Shown in pieces: positions 36,836-46,228 of a stretch of DNA of 64,000 bases. Numbering within the stretch: position 1 is the stretch's first letter; the number at the start of each line of letters is the position of its first letter. Under the pieces are notes generated by a model, which saw nothing but the letters and a program-made list of their open reading frames with translations, was not told the DNA's origin and made no database searches. Source of the DNA: a virus; IMG/VR virus record IMGVR_UViG_3300047472_000449. One strand, 5' to 3'. The translations under genes and the position numbers were made by a program.

Positions 36836-37462
36836 TTACTCTGCCACTTGTTCCGCTGGCACGCCAGCGAAGGTGCCAGCGGGTTCTTGCGGTGCGGCCT
36901 CACACATCCGGGTTTCCACGTGGCTGTCATCTTCTTCAAAGAGGTAGCACGGGCGTGCTGTGATCGGGTGGAAGCAGTAGCCTTTGACCGTGTTGGTGCG
37001 CAGTGTGGACTTGAACGGCAAGGCGGTTTGTTTGACCACCTTGGAGCCGATGGCTGCGTACAGATGCGGGTTGGTGAAGACGCTGATCGACACTGGCTGG
37101 ATCTGCATGTCTTTCACAGCTTCTTTCTGGGCATCCATGGTAATCAGATGTTCCAGATTGTCGGTGCCGTGGTTGAGATCAATCGACTTCTCAGCGGCCT
37201 CGGAGTAGGTGTTGAACAGCTCGACCATGCGCTTGAGACGATCCTGAAGCAAATCACCACGGCGGCGCTCTTCAATGGCCAGCGCTTGCTGCTGGTGGTA
37301 GCCCTCTTCCAGCGCCAGCACGGTGTCGCAAAGCGCGGTGACGCCGCTGGTCAGTACCGGGTCAACTGCGGCTGCCTGTTGAATGCTTGGCAGCGACAGG
37401 CGCAGGTCTTTGAGCATTTTGCCGATCTTGTCAGCGCGGTTGGCTTTACTGGCTTTGCTCAT
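36836..37462 (-). CDS. Hypothetical coiled-coil protein
   Basis: GGAG RBS, ATGA overlap. Confidence 0.65.
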   Translation of the reverse strand: MSKASKANRADKIGKMLKDLRLSLPSIQQAAAVDPVLTSGVTALCDTVLALEEGYHQQQALAIEERRRGDLLQDRLKRMVELFNTYSEAAEKSIDLNHGTDNLEHLITMDAQKEAVKDMQIQPVSISVFTNPHLYAAIGSKVVKQTALPFKSTLRTNTVKGYCFHPITARPCYLFEEDDSHVETRMCEAAPQEPAGTFAGVPAEQVAE

Positions 37463-37752
37463 TGCGAGTCTCCGTTTTTGGCTGCGCTTGCAGTCGGCGC
37501 TTTATATTCGATGTGCGGGAACGACCAGCCGTGGCTGGGGTTCTCGTTCCAGCCCACGGCCTTGTTGTTTTTCAGAACAACCCAGGAGTGGACGTTTTTT
37601 GCAGCGCCGGGCCAGCGCTGCTTGAAGCCTTCAAATTCCTGAACCACTTCCACGTCCGCCCATTTGCGGGAGTAGGTGCGGTCGTATTCACATCCCATGA
37701 ATTCAGGGGGCATTACGTCTCTGAGCGTTTTGATTTTTGGTGCGTCACTCAT
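37459..37752 (-). CDS. Small hypothetical protein
   Basis: First gene after a minus-strand promoter (37782-37809). Confidence 0.65.
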   Translation of the reverse strand: MSDAPKIKTLRDVMPPEFMGCEYDRTYSRKWADVEVVQEFEGFKQRWPGAAKNVHSWVVLKNNKAVGWNENPSHGWSFPHIEYKAPTASAAKNGDSQ

Positions 37753-37828
37753 TTTCGAACCCTGCCCGTTTTAGTTCTGTGATTATAACAAAATGACAGT
37801 AAAAGTCAACAGGAATGACTGCCTTGCC

Positions 37829-38518
37829 TCAGGCCACCTTACGGCTGGCGGCGGTCACGAATCGCTCGCTGTCAGGGAATACGTTGTAAAATTTGACTCG
37901 GTTTTCAGGGTTTCTAATTTCGGCGCCGATCAGCTCTTTGGGGTATTTTACGGATTGCTTGATGTCGTTTAATTTAATGCTTTCAGAATAAGTTGCTAGA
38001 AAATCGGTGATGCTTAAGTTGAATGAGCTGTCGCCATAATTGCCCAAGGCTTTTGAGTTCCAGCCCGAGACATCGGCATAGGGTACGTAGTCGATGATGA
38101 AGGCTCTGGAGGAATACTTGGGACAGATGACACATAAATAACCGTCGCAATTGCCTGATAAATCCTTGTGTTTTGAGCCGTTGATGGCGAAGTAGCGCTT
38201 GTTGTCTTCACAGTCGAACGTTTTGACATCCAGGGACAGGTTGCGCTGGGAGATCCTGAGGTCGGCGCCGAGCTTCCCTCCCCCGCCTTCCGGCCTGAAC
38301 ATGCCCTTGATCGTCTCGTTGCGTTCCTGTTGCGTCAATACGCCTCTGAGGTACTTCATGGCAAGGATCTCGGAGATACTGCCCATGAGATCGACGTGGA
38401 TATTCTTGTCGTTGCCCCTGTCGCGTTTTCCGTTTCGGATGGAATCGTTGCTTCGTCTTCGTGCTTCGCCCAACAATGCCGCAAAAGCCCAATCTGTCGT
38501 ACTAATGTCTATAAACAT
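37829..38518 (-). CDS. Putative PD-(D/E)XK restriction-endonuclease-like protein
   Basis: GSISE (helix Glu)...GADL...LDVK catalytic pattern. Confidence 0.55.
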   Translation of the reverse strand: MFIDISTTDWAFAALLGEARRRSNDSIRNGKRDRGNDKNIHVDLMGSISEILAMKYLRGVLTQQERNETIKGMFRPEGGGGKLGADLRISQRNLSLDVKTFDCEDNKRYFAINGSKHKDLSGNCDGYLCVICPKYSSRAFIIDYVPYADVSGWNSKALGNYGDSSFNLSITDFLATYSESIKLNDIKQSVKYPKELIGAEIRNPENRVKFYNVFPDSERFVTAASRKVA

Positions 38519-38632
38519 ACTCGCCTCGATAATTTCACATATAATATCAGCGAAATTATCGAGACTGCAATTTTGTCACTTCAAATAAAAAACCACCCCT
38601 CAGGGTGGTTTCTTGTTGGCTAGCATCGGGCC

Positions 38633-39082
38633 TTATTCGGCGTCTTTGAACGCTAGAATGTCCTGCTCCAGCAGATCCTCGCAGAGGTGCTTGGTAGCCA
38701 AGCGCAAGGCAGAAGCCTTCACGCTCATTGCGGTGGCAGCATTGTTGCTCTTGGTCTTTGGGGTGTAGAGCATGGAAGTGCTGATCGAGGAGCCGTTTTT
38801 CAGCTTGTAGGTGACTGTCACCTTTTCCTCGCTGTACTTCACTTCGGCATTCAGAGCGGCCAGAACCATCTGGGTGTCGGCGGTGTTTTTCCAGGGCGCG
38901 AATTCAACCGGGCATTGGCCGTGCATCCCTTCATACGACAAGAAGGCCTGAATGTGGTCTTCAGCGACCAAATTGTACGGTCGCTCCAGGCCGATCAGTT
39001 CCGCAACGACCTTCGTAACGGCATGCACCGTAGTGGTTTTCATGATAAAGACTGTGCTGTTCATTTTCTGCTCACAAACCAA
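38633..39082 (-). CDS. Hypothetical protein
   Basis: 149 aa ORF. Confidence 0.6.
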   Translation of the reverse strand: MVCEQKMNSTVFIMKTTTVHAVTKVVAELIGLERPYNLVAEDHIQAFLSYEGMHGQCPVEFAPWKNTADTQMVLAALNAEVKYSEEKVTVTYKLKNGSSISTSMLYTPKTKSNNAATAMSVKASALRLATKHLCEDLLEQDILAFKDAE

Positions 39083-39121
39083 TTTTTAAGGGGTGGGGCC
39101 AGCTTTCTGGCCCCGGCCTGA

Positions 39122-39505
39122 TCAGGCGTAATCTTCGGCGTCAAAGCCTTCCATCACGGCGTTGAAGCCATCGGCGTCGCCTTCGGAAAGCGTCCAGTTG
39201 GCGATCATGTCGGTGTTGTTGGATGGGATCAGCTTCACGCCGTGGGAGTTTTGTTCGGCGTCCATGAAGGTCACGTCCGAGTAACCGAGGTCGTGGATCA
39301 GCTCCATGGCGTCTTTGGCGGTGTGGGCGGGCCAGTCATCACCGTCGCAGCTCACCTGCTCGACCATCCAGCCACGCTCATTCAGGTAATCGAGCAGGTT
39401 GGCGGAGATTCGGCGTTGCAGCACCATGCTTGGGGACAGCTTACGGCCTTTGTCGATGTCCAGGGTTGGAACAACTACGGATTGGGTTGCGCTCATGTCT
39501 GTCAT
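39122..39505 (-). CDS. Acidic hypothetical protein
   Basis: AAAGGA RBS. Confidence 0.65.
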   Translation of the reverse strand: MTDMSATQSVVVPTLDIDKGRKLSPSMVLQRRISANLLDYLNERGWMVEQVSCDGDDWPAHTAKDAMELIHDLGYSDVTFMDAEQNSHGVKLIPSNNTDMIANWTLSEGDADGFNAVMEGFDAEDYA

Positions 39506-39916
39506 CCTTTGCTTGATGTCTGTTTGATGTGGCCAGTATACCCATCAATTGTCAGTATGGCAAACATTATTTTGTTAATTTATCAAAACACTTCATCCTC
39601 AGGACGAGGCGCCTGAAGGTCGTGAACTTATGTAAATGGCATTGACAAAAACACCCAGAATCGGTATATTTAAGTCATCGTGAAAACTGTTCTTTTCGCA
39701 CCGGTATTCTCCGGCGCATCTCACTGCTTCATTTCATTATTGGCCTTTGCAAAGCGAGCGTTAATGCTTTCGGCGCTTTCTGACTCAAAAAGCCCTCGCA
39801 CAAACGGGCTTATGGGCTTATTTGATCGGTAGCGCGCAAGCACCCTGGACACAAAATCATCTTTGCGTCCAAGGCCTATGAATTTCAAAAATCTGCCCAT
39901 CCAATCCTTCCAGTCG

Positions 39917-40426
39917 TTAACGCGGAAGCTGTTCGATCAAGTAATCCATCAGGTCGATCTCGTGCATCCTTTCAACCCAGGCGCCAAAGTTCTCATTGAG
40001 GTAATTGAGAAATGGTTTATAGCTCTGTTGCCAAAACTCCACCAGCACGTATTGCTGCGAATCACATTGCAAGAACGCGCCAGCTTTGACCCGCAACTGG
40101 TAGTCCAGATCGGTCGTCAGGTTGGCAGTCACACTTTTGCGAACAAAGGCGCGTACCACCGGGTCTGGATCGCGCAGCTCCAGTGCTGTCATGCCGTGGC
40201 CTGACGTGGACATCCGAAAGGCGACCGGGGTCAGGGACTCCAGGTCATCGCCATAACCTACATGACCGTAGCGCTGATAGACCCATTGGCCGTCTTTTTC
40301 CGTCAGGCGAACGACACCGAATTCCTTATGGATGGCGTGCTCGCCCTCTTTGACCGGAATAAGACCATCATTGAGATCGCTGGGTTTTACAGTAAAACCA
40401 GCAATGCCTTTGACCAATACGCCCAT
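39917..40426 (-). CDS. Hypothetical protein
   Basis: AAGGA RBS. Confidence 0.65.
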   Translation of the reverse strand: MGVLVKGIAGFTVKPSDLNDGLIPVKEGEHAIHKEFGVVRLTEKDGQWVYQRYGHVGYGDDLESLTPVAFRMSTSGHGMTALELRDPDPVVRAFVRKSVTANLTTDLDYQLRVKAGAFLQCDSQQYVLVEFWQQSYKPFLNYLNENFGAWVERMHEIDLMDYLIEQLPR

Positions 40427-40438
40427 GAGAAAATGTCC

Positions 40439-40801
40439 TTATGATGCTTCGTTTTGTTGGTTGTCAGTGTACTCACCCGCACGCCGATTGTCAATGTAGA
40501 AAACACTAAACACGGTGTACAGCCAAAACCCAATACCCATCGCAAAGCCAAGGTTGTAGAAAAACCCAGAATTGGACGCGGCATAAACGGTGGTTTCTGC
40601 GAAAAGGTTGGAGATCAACGCGCAGACAGACACCAGTCCATCGGTCAGGCCGTTAAAAAAACCGAGCTTGTAGCCGAAGTCGCCCTCGCCATAAACACTC
40701 GGTTTGAAGTCATTTGCCCAATGGTACAGGTACAAGACTGGCACCAGCAGTGCGAGAGTACCGAGCAGGAGCAGAATTTTGTGTTTTACGGTGGTGATCA
40801 T
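40439..40801 (-). CDS. Membrane protein
   Basis: TM segments; 'GFFNGLTDGL...YAASNSGFFYNLGF'. Confidence 0.65.
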   Translation of the reverse strand: MITTVKHKILLLLGTLALLVPVLYLYHWANDFKPSVYGEGDFGYKLGFFNGLTDGLVSVCALISNLFAETTVYAASNSGFFYNLGFAMGIGFWLYTVFSVFYIDNRRAGEYTDNQQNEAS

Positions 40802-41361
40802 GGTGTGCCCAGGGACTTGTTGGCGTGGTCGGTAATAGTGCGCAGTTGCTCATCGGTATAGCCCAGGCGGCTGAGGTCTACGGGTTTGTTCCACGCAGTT
40901 TTGCGTTGTCTGAAGCTCTGTCGCTCGCATGCCCACTCTACCGGCACTTTGTAGCCAAGCATTCGCGACAAGCGACGACGGACTGAGCTGATGTCGTAGG
41001 CAAAATTGCGGTACTTGCCCCTCACGTTGCCGAACAACGCTTCGTCTTCGACCTCCAGTACGTAGTTGTACTGAAGGATGAGTCGCCCGCCTTTGCGCTT
41101 TTGGTAGGTTAGCCATTCATGGGGTGTTACTGGATCGGTCTTACCCGGTATCCAGCCGTTTAGAACATACGGGTATAGGGGCGTCAAAAGCCCTTTACTT
41201 TCCCAGTACGCCTTCACTTTGAGAATGACCAGTCGTGCCTTGGCCTGTCGGAAGTTCTTTCGAAACTCCGGCAGGATCTGGATATGGTTGTGTTTGAAGT
41301 GGTGCATGGCCCAGCCGGGATGCGCTCCGCTGAATTCACACAGCTTGTCGAAACCGGCCAT
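40798..41361 (-). CDS. Basic hypothetical protein, tandem paralog of 41361..41873
   Basis: CEFS..PG.M..FKHNHIQI.PE.RK.FR.AKARLVI; TAATG coupling. Confidence 0.75.
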   Translation of the reverse strand: MAGFDKLCEFSGAHPGWAMHHFKHNHIQILPEFRKNFRQAKARLVILKVKAYWESKGLLTPLYPYVLNGWIPGKTDPVTPHEWLTYQKRKGGRLILQYNYVLEVEDEALFGNVRGKYRNFAYDISSVRRRLSRMLGYKVPVEWACERQSFRQRKTAWNKPVDLSRLGYTDEQLRTITDHANKSLGTP

Positions 41362-41873
41362 TACTGCACGACTTCTTCTGGGATAGGCTTGGCCCACGCC
41401 GTTTTGCGTGTTTTGAAATTCAGACGATCACACTCCCGCTCAACCTTGATCTTGTAACCTAGCATCCGCGACAAGCGACGGCGAACATCGCTGATATTGC
41501 AAGACCAGTTGAGGTACTTCCCTTTTACTTGCCCAAGCAGTGCTGGATCTTCAACAATGAGGGTGTAAGTGTAATCGAGCACGAGGCGATGCTTCTTTTC
41601 TTTCTCGCGTTCGAGATACTCGTGCGGGGTCATGGTGACCGGTTCGCCGGTTTTGCCGCTAACCCAGCCCTCCAGATCATATGGGGACGGCGACATTGTA
41701 GCGCCGCGCATATCGAGAAGTGGCTCAATTTTATTGATCACCAAGCGAGCTTTAGCGCCGCGAAATTTCTTGCGATGCTCGGGCATGATCTGGATGTGAT
41801 TGCGCTTGTAGCGATACATATCGCGACCAGGGTATTCTTCGCTGAATTCGCAAACTGTTTCGATGCCAGACAT
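41361..41873 (-). CDS. Basic hypothetical protein, tandem paralog of 40798..41361
   Basis: Same motifs, plus VRRRLSRMLGYK. Confidence 0.75.
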   Translation of the reverse strand: MSGIETVCEFSEEYPGRDMYRYKRNHIQIMPEHRKKFRGAKARLVINKIEPLLDMRGATMSPSPYDLEGWVSGKTGEPVTMTPHEYLEREKEKKHRLVLDYTYTLIVEDPALLGQVKGKYLNWSCNISDVRRRLSRMLGYKIKVERECDRLNFKTRKTAWAKPIPEEVVQ

Positions 41874-42073
41874 GCTATTTGTCCTGAATTGTCAATTTGG
41901 CGAATATTATACATCAAAGCCCAGCAGTGTCAATGCCAAAAACACTTTAAGGGATGATGATGAGGCGGTATATCCTAATCAGCCTGGGCGCCTTCGCATC
42001 TCCACAAGCGAGCGCGTGGAGTGCGGTATTGAATCAATAGCAGACTGATCAATGGGGGCCTGTGTCGCCTTGT

Positions 42074-42451
42074 TCATTTGTCGGCTTTGCCCATTTGCAG
42101 GTATAGCGCCAGCCTTGGAGCCACCTCACTGTTCGTCGAGTAGCCATCGCAAATGAACTTCTCGCCTTCCGCAACAAAAAAGGTGTAGCCCTGGTCATCG
42201 CAAAAATCAGCAGAAAGGTAGTGCCCGGTCTGCTGGCATTGCCAAGTGACGGCAATCGAACCATCGCCACCCATCGTCAGGCTTGGCTCTTCGAATTGAG
42301 CGGCCTCGATGTTGACCAAAAAGGCTAGTACGCCTTTACCGGCATCAGGTGAGGCAGGGAGGCCACCGCAGCCATCCCAGTTCTCTTTTTCATCCAGGAA
42401 AGTCTGGAGCCGGTTATGGCTGTAGGTGAATTGAGTGGTTGTGGTGGTCAT
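42074..42451 (-). CDS. Hypothetical protein (NWDG motif), tandem paralog
   Basis: ENWDGCGG..AS...EP.L.MG.DG..V.W...ADFCD. Confidence 0.7.
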   Translation of the reverse strand: MTTTTTQFTYSHNRLQTFLDEKENWDGCGGLPASPDAGKGVLAFLVNIEAAQFEEPSLTMGGDGSIAVTWQCQQTGHYLSADFCDDQGYTFFVAEGEKFICDGYSTNSEVAPRLALYLQMGKADK

Positions 42452-42876
42452 GGCGTGTGCTCGCTAGGGGATGCTGTCGTTCGACAATGCTGATTCAGGG
42501 TCGATTGAAGTTCTGGGGCGAGATCGGTAGTCGCGCAGTGCCCCATGCTAACGGCCTTCTGATCGACTGTCGCGACAAACGTATAGCCGTCCGCGTCACA
42601 GAAATCCGCTGTGATGTAGTAATCATCGCTGATCCAGACCACGGCGACAGTGCCGTCAGCGCCCATGGCGAGGCCGGGTTCTTTAATGCCCTGCGCCTCA
42701 AGGTTCAATAGAAACGCCGTCACGGCCTCCCCCACGACTACTGAGGCGGCTTTCGCGCCAAAGCCGTCCCAGTTGTCGGACTCATTGAGGAATGTGGTCA
42801 GTCGAGCGTGTGCGCGCTTAAACGTGGTTGATGTTTTTGGGCTCAAAATCCTACTTCCTTGTGTCTTGAGTATCAA
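42448..42876 (-). CDS. Hypothetical protein (NWDG motif), tandem paralog
   Basis: DNWDGFGA..AS...EP.LAMG.DG..V.W...ADFCD. Confidence 0.7.
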   Translation of the reverse strand: MILKTQGSRILSPKTSTTFKRAHARLTTFLNESDNWDGFGAKAASVVVGEAVTAFLLNLEAQGIKEPGLAMGADGTVAVVWISDDYYITADFCDADGYTFVATVDQKAVSMGHCATTDLAPELQSTLNQHCRTTASPSEHTP

Positions 42877-43162
42877 AGTACCAAAGTACGTGAGCGATTT
42901 TCACCAGTCCTGCCGCGAAAACAAAACGAAAACCGCATGTCCACCAGAATACAAAGGGATTAGCTTCCCTGGAATACAGTTTCGCCGGGCCTCCACGATT
43001 GGCGATGGAGACTTCGCCTGTCCAGCAGCCATGCAGACCGGCCAGCAGAAACATGACCGCAGCCATCGCGATGACTACCAGAACCATCGTTGCTGTGGCT
43101 GAGCGCTTTGTTCTACCTCGCTGATTGGCAGGGCGCCTAAGTTGCCGCTGCTGGCGTTTCAC
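42851..43162 (-). CDS. Small membrane protein
   Basis: Two TM segments, basic N-terminus. Confidence 0.55.
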   Translation of the reverse strand: MKRQQRQLRRPANQRGRTKRSATATMVLVVIAMAAVMFLLAGLHGCWTGEVSIANRGGPAKLYSREANPFVFWWTCGFRFVFAAGLVKIAHVLWYFDTQDTRK

Positions 43163-43506
43163 GCCGCTGTAACCGCTTTGTTTGCCTTGATCTGCTTTAC
43201 GAGGTGCTCAGTGTCGCCATGCAGCACTTCGGCAATGTATTTTTTCAGCCCATCAGGCAGCGTTTCCCAGGCAACCACAAACGATTTTTCAGCAATTGTG
43301 AGGGTGATTGGCTTAATTGGATACCGGCCCCACTCGTAATCGGTATTCCACATGATCTCAAATGAGCCAATGCGTGGCTTTCCGGTTGAGCCAAAGCCCA
43401 AGACCTTGGCAAATCGCAATGGCGCCATTTGGCTGCTGGTGCCTGGGATAATTAGCCAATCGCCTTCGCTGATCAGTTTGCCTGTAATATCGTGATTCTT
43501 CGACAC
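43159..43506 (-). CDS. Hypothetical protein, paralog of 44151..44501
   Basis: DITG..I.EGDWL.IP. Confidence 0.7.
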   Translation of the reverse strand: MSKNHDITGKLISEGDWLIIPGTSSQMAPLRFAKVLGFGSTGKPRIGSFEIMWNTDYEWGRYPIKPITLTIAEKSFVVAWETLPDGLKKYIAEVLHGDTEHLVKQIKANKAVTAA

Positions 43507-43569
43507 AACCCTGCTCCATATTTTGTTTGCTCAACATTAGCACAGATATTAAGCCGATAAATCATTCGC

Positions 43570-44121
43570 TCAAGGATTCAATCGTCGAATCCGCTCTTCG
43601 ATGAGGTACAGATCGTCCTCGTTGTCGAATTGCTGATCGATTGCCTTGGCCTTGCGTTGTTCCTCCAAAAACTCTTGTGCGAACTGCTCTTGGCACTGAA
43701 GTTCAGTCGGCACCGTGGCCAGTTCGCCATAATGGCTTCGCACCAGCAGTGCCAAGACTGCGAGGTGTGGATTGAGTGCCTGTGCGCTGAACGAGCCGTC
43801 GAAAAACCGAGCTTCCCATAGGTTGCCCGCTTCGTCCAGCGGCATGACGCCAACCTTGTACTTGAGCACCATCTCATGCATGAAATCGTGATGATGCACG
43901 GGTTGCCAGCGAAGGTTTTCCCCAGAGTAGCTATCCCAGCGCTTGGTGCTTTCGATGATGACTTCTTTATAGCCATCGTAGATTTCGACCTGAATCGGTT
44001 CGCCCACAACTTGAGCCACTGCCCAGTTGAATGCCAGATCAGAAAGTTCATTCACCGCTACGGTCACGGTGTGGTGTGGATTGAAGGTGATTTCTTTCTG
44101 TTCGTCTTCTACGAAGAGCAT
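43570..44121 (-). CDS. NinX/DUF2591-like phage protein
   Basis: 'ELSDLAFNWAVAQ...W.P...' pattern. Confidence 0.55.
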   Translation of the reverse strand: MLFVEDEQKEITFNPHHTVTVAVNELSDLAFNWAVAQVVGEPIQVEIYDGYKEVIIESTKRWDSYSGENLRWQPVHHHDFMHEMVLKYKVGVMPLDEAGNLWEARFFDGSFSAQALNPHLAVLALLVRSHYGELATVPTELQCQEQFAQEFLEEQRKAKAIDQQFDNEDDLYLIEERIRRLNP

Positions 44122-44150
44122 GGCTGCGAATCCTGTAATTCAAATTGACA

Positions 44151-44501
44151 TTAAGCGACTTTTTTTGATCGTTTCTTCGTTTTAGGAGCGATTCCAACAT
44201 CGCCACCGAATGCTGTGTCGATGAGTTCAATCAGTCCCTTGGGCAAGGTGGATTGCGCAATGAGCCATGTTTTGGCTGGGATCATCAATGTGGTTGGCCT
44301 GTCCGGGGACTGCACCCAATGTCCGTAACTAGTCTGGAAGGTTTGCACCTTAGGCCAGCCCTGTGGGGTCATGCCCACAACTTTTCCCCAGCGGATAGGG
44401 GTCATGCCGCCGCCACTGGCGGGGATAACCAGCCAGTCTCCTTCGTTGATGACTTCGCCGGTAATGTCGTAATTCTTCGATGGATCGAATGCCTGTTTCA
44501 T
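44151..44501 (-). CDS. Hypothetical protein, paralog of 43159..43506
   Basis: YDITGEVINEGDWLVIP. Confidence 0.7.
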   Translation of the reverse strand: MKQAFDPSKNYDITGEVINEGDWLVIPASGGGMTPIRWGKVVGMTPQGWPKVQTFQTSYGHWVQSPDRPTTLMIPAKTWLIAQSTLPKGLIELIDTAFGGDVGIAPKTKKRSKKVA

Positions 44502-44698
44502 AGGTTATTCCGCTATTAAGTGAGCGCCTGAAGATAGAATGGCTGAAGCGGCGCCTATTGTGTTTGTGATATTAACCAGACTGACGGATAATGTCAATCA
44601 CAATGACTCCTTCTGATCATTTGTTATTGGTCTGTTTCCTTGCTTTTAATTGACTTTTTCGGTTTTTGTTGTTACATTATTTGCCAAATTATAGGGAA

Positions 44699-46228
44699 AT
44701 GATCATGCACGAATTCAAATGTGTTTCACTTAAGCGCAAAGGCTCCAAGGTGATCATTTCCTTGCGCGCTCCTTTTTTGCTCAAAAGCCACTGCCTGATT
44801 TTTTGGTATCTGGATTCGCTGGTCAAAATGTACGGAGGAAAAGGCTTCGGTATGGCGTTCTGTCCTGACACCCAGGCCATTTACGACGACTATGCAGCCG
44901 AGGCCGCTCAGATTGAAAGCGAATTCACGGTAGGTCAGCGCCTGCTGTTTGATGGCGTCATGAAAGACATTGGTGGCCCGGCAACTGGCGATGTGGATGG
45001 TAACTGGCCACAGCTTGAGTTGTTGCACGAGGTTATCAAGACCGAGCGTTTTGAGGGTGATAATGCACATAAGCTTCGCTACACCGCTCGTAATGGCTAT
45101 GACCGCAATCTTCGCATTCTTACCATGAAAGACGACTTGGTGACCTTGTACGGGCCTGATGTGACGGCCAGCGTCATGTCAGCACTGCGTGAAGCCTACA
45201 AGCGTGATGGCAAAAAGAACATTCACACCAATGGCCTGACACATGTCGGTATGCGGGCGGGGTTCTCAAAAGAATTGTTTCTTTACTCCAAGCTGGAGCG
45301 TGCTTTTAACGACGAGATTCAAAAGCAGGATGAGGTGTGGATCAAAGATAACTTCAAGGTAATCGTAGCGGTTGTTCGCTATTTTGAAAAGATTGCCCGA
45401 CTGGAAAAAGTGTCTCCGCGCATTGAGCCTAAGCCGCCTGTTCAACTGCTGTTTCTGGCTGACCCGTTCTCGCGCAAGCTTCCGGACAGTGCTTATTTGG
45501 AAGAATACGAAGCGGCTCAGGCCGCAGGTATTCCTTGTTCTTTGATTTCTTATGAGAGCATTGACGAGGGAGGTGTCTTCAGGCCTTTCCCTGCCCTTTT
45601 GCCAGATTTGCCGGTGGTGTATCGCGGCTGGATGTTGTCGTTTGACAAATACAAGCGCCTTTACCAATTGATTATTGGCTCCAAGCGAGTCCTTCTAACT
45701 GATCCAGGTCGTTACTTGGAATGCCATCATCTGCCTCGGTGGTATCACTCCGTCTCGGACTTGACGCCTGACACCTTGATTCTAAAGGAGGGCGATGATT
45801 TCAAAGAAGCCTTGTCTGACAAGCCTTGGGCTCAATACTTCGTCAAGGATTACGTGAAGTCCCTGACCACTGGACGTGGTTCAGTGGCGAAAAACGCTGA
45901 TGAGGTACGTGAGATCGTCAACCTGATTAAAGAATATCGGGATGAGATCGAGGGTGGCGTCTGCATTCGTGAGTTCGAGGATTTCGTCCCGGCAACCGAA
46001 GAGCGCTATTTCGTATATCAGGGCCGCGCCTATGGCAGAGATGGGTTGGTGCCAGATATCGTTCGGGAGGTCGCCTGTCGCATTCCGGTGCCCTTCTATT
46101 CCGTGGACATCGTGATGAACAGCGCAGGCAAACACCGGTTGGTCGAATTGGGTGATGGTCAAGTGTCTGACCTCAAACATTGGCCCATCAACACCTTTAT
46201 CAATATTTTCAAGGCAACCACAGCATGA
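44699..46228 (+). CDS. Unknown N-terminal domain fused to an R2K-type (DUF4343-like) ATP-grasp domain
   Basis: YRGWML, FVKDYVKS, IREFEDF, EERYFV, FYSVDI, RLVELGDGQVSDLK. Confidence 0.8.
   Translation: MIMHEFKCVSLKRKGSKVIISLRAPFLLKSHCLIFWYLDSLVKMYGGKGFGMAFCPDTQAIYDDYAAEAAQIESEFTVGQRLLFDGVMKDIGGPATGDVDGNWPQLELLHEVIKTERFEGDNAHKLRYTARNGYDRNLRILTMKDDLVTLYGPDVTASVMSALREAYKRDGKKNIHTNGLTHVGMRAGFSKELFLYSKLERAFNDEIQKQDEVWIKDNFKVIVAVVRYFEKIARLEKVSPRIEPKPPVQLLFLADPFSRKLPDSAYLEEYEAAQAAGIPCSLISYESIDEGGVFRPFPALLPDLPVVYRGWMLSFDKYKRLYQLIIGSKRVLLTDPGRYLECHHLPRWYHSVSDLTPDTLILKEGDDFKEALSDKPWAQYFVKDYVKSLTTGRGSVAKNADEVREIVNLIKEYRDEIEGGVCIREFEDFVPATEERYFVYQGRAYGRDGLVPDIVREVACRIPVPFYSVDIVMNSAGKHRLVELGDGQVSDLKHWPINTFINIFKATTA

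Noticed and set aside
36428-37642. 404-aa plus-strand ORF
   Set aside because: Shadow of three coupled minus-strand genes; no recognisable motifs.
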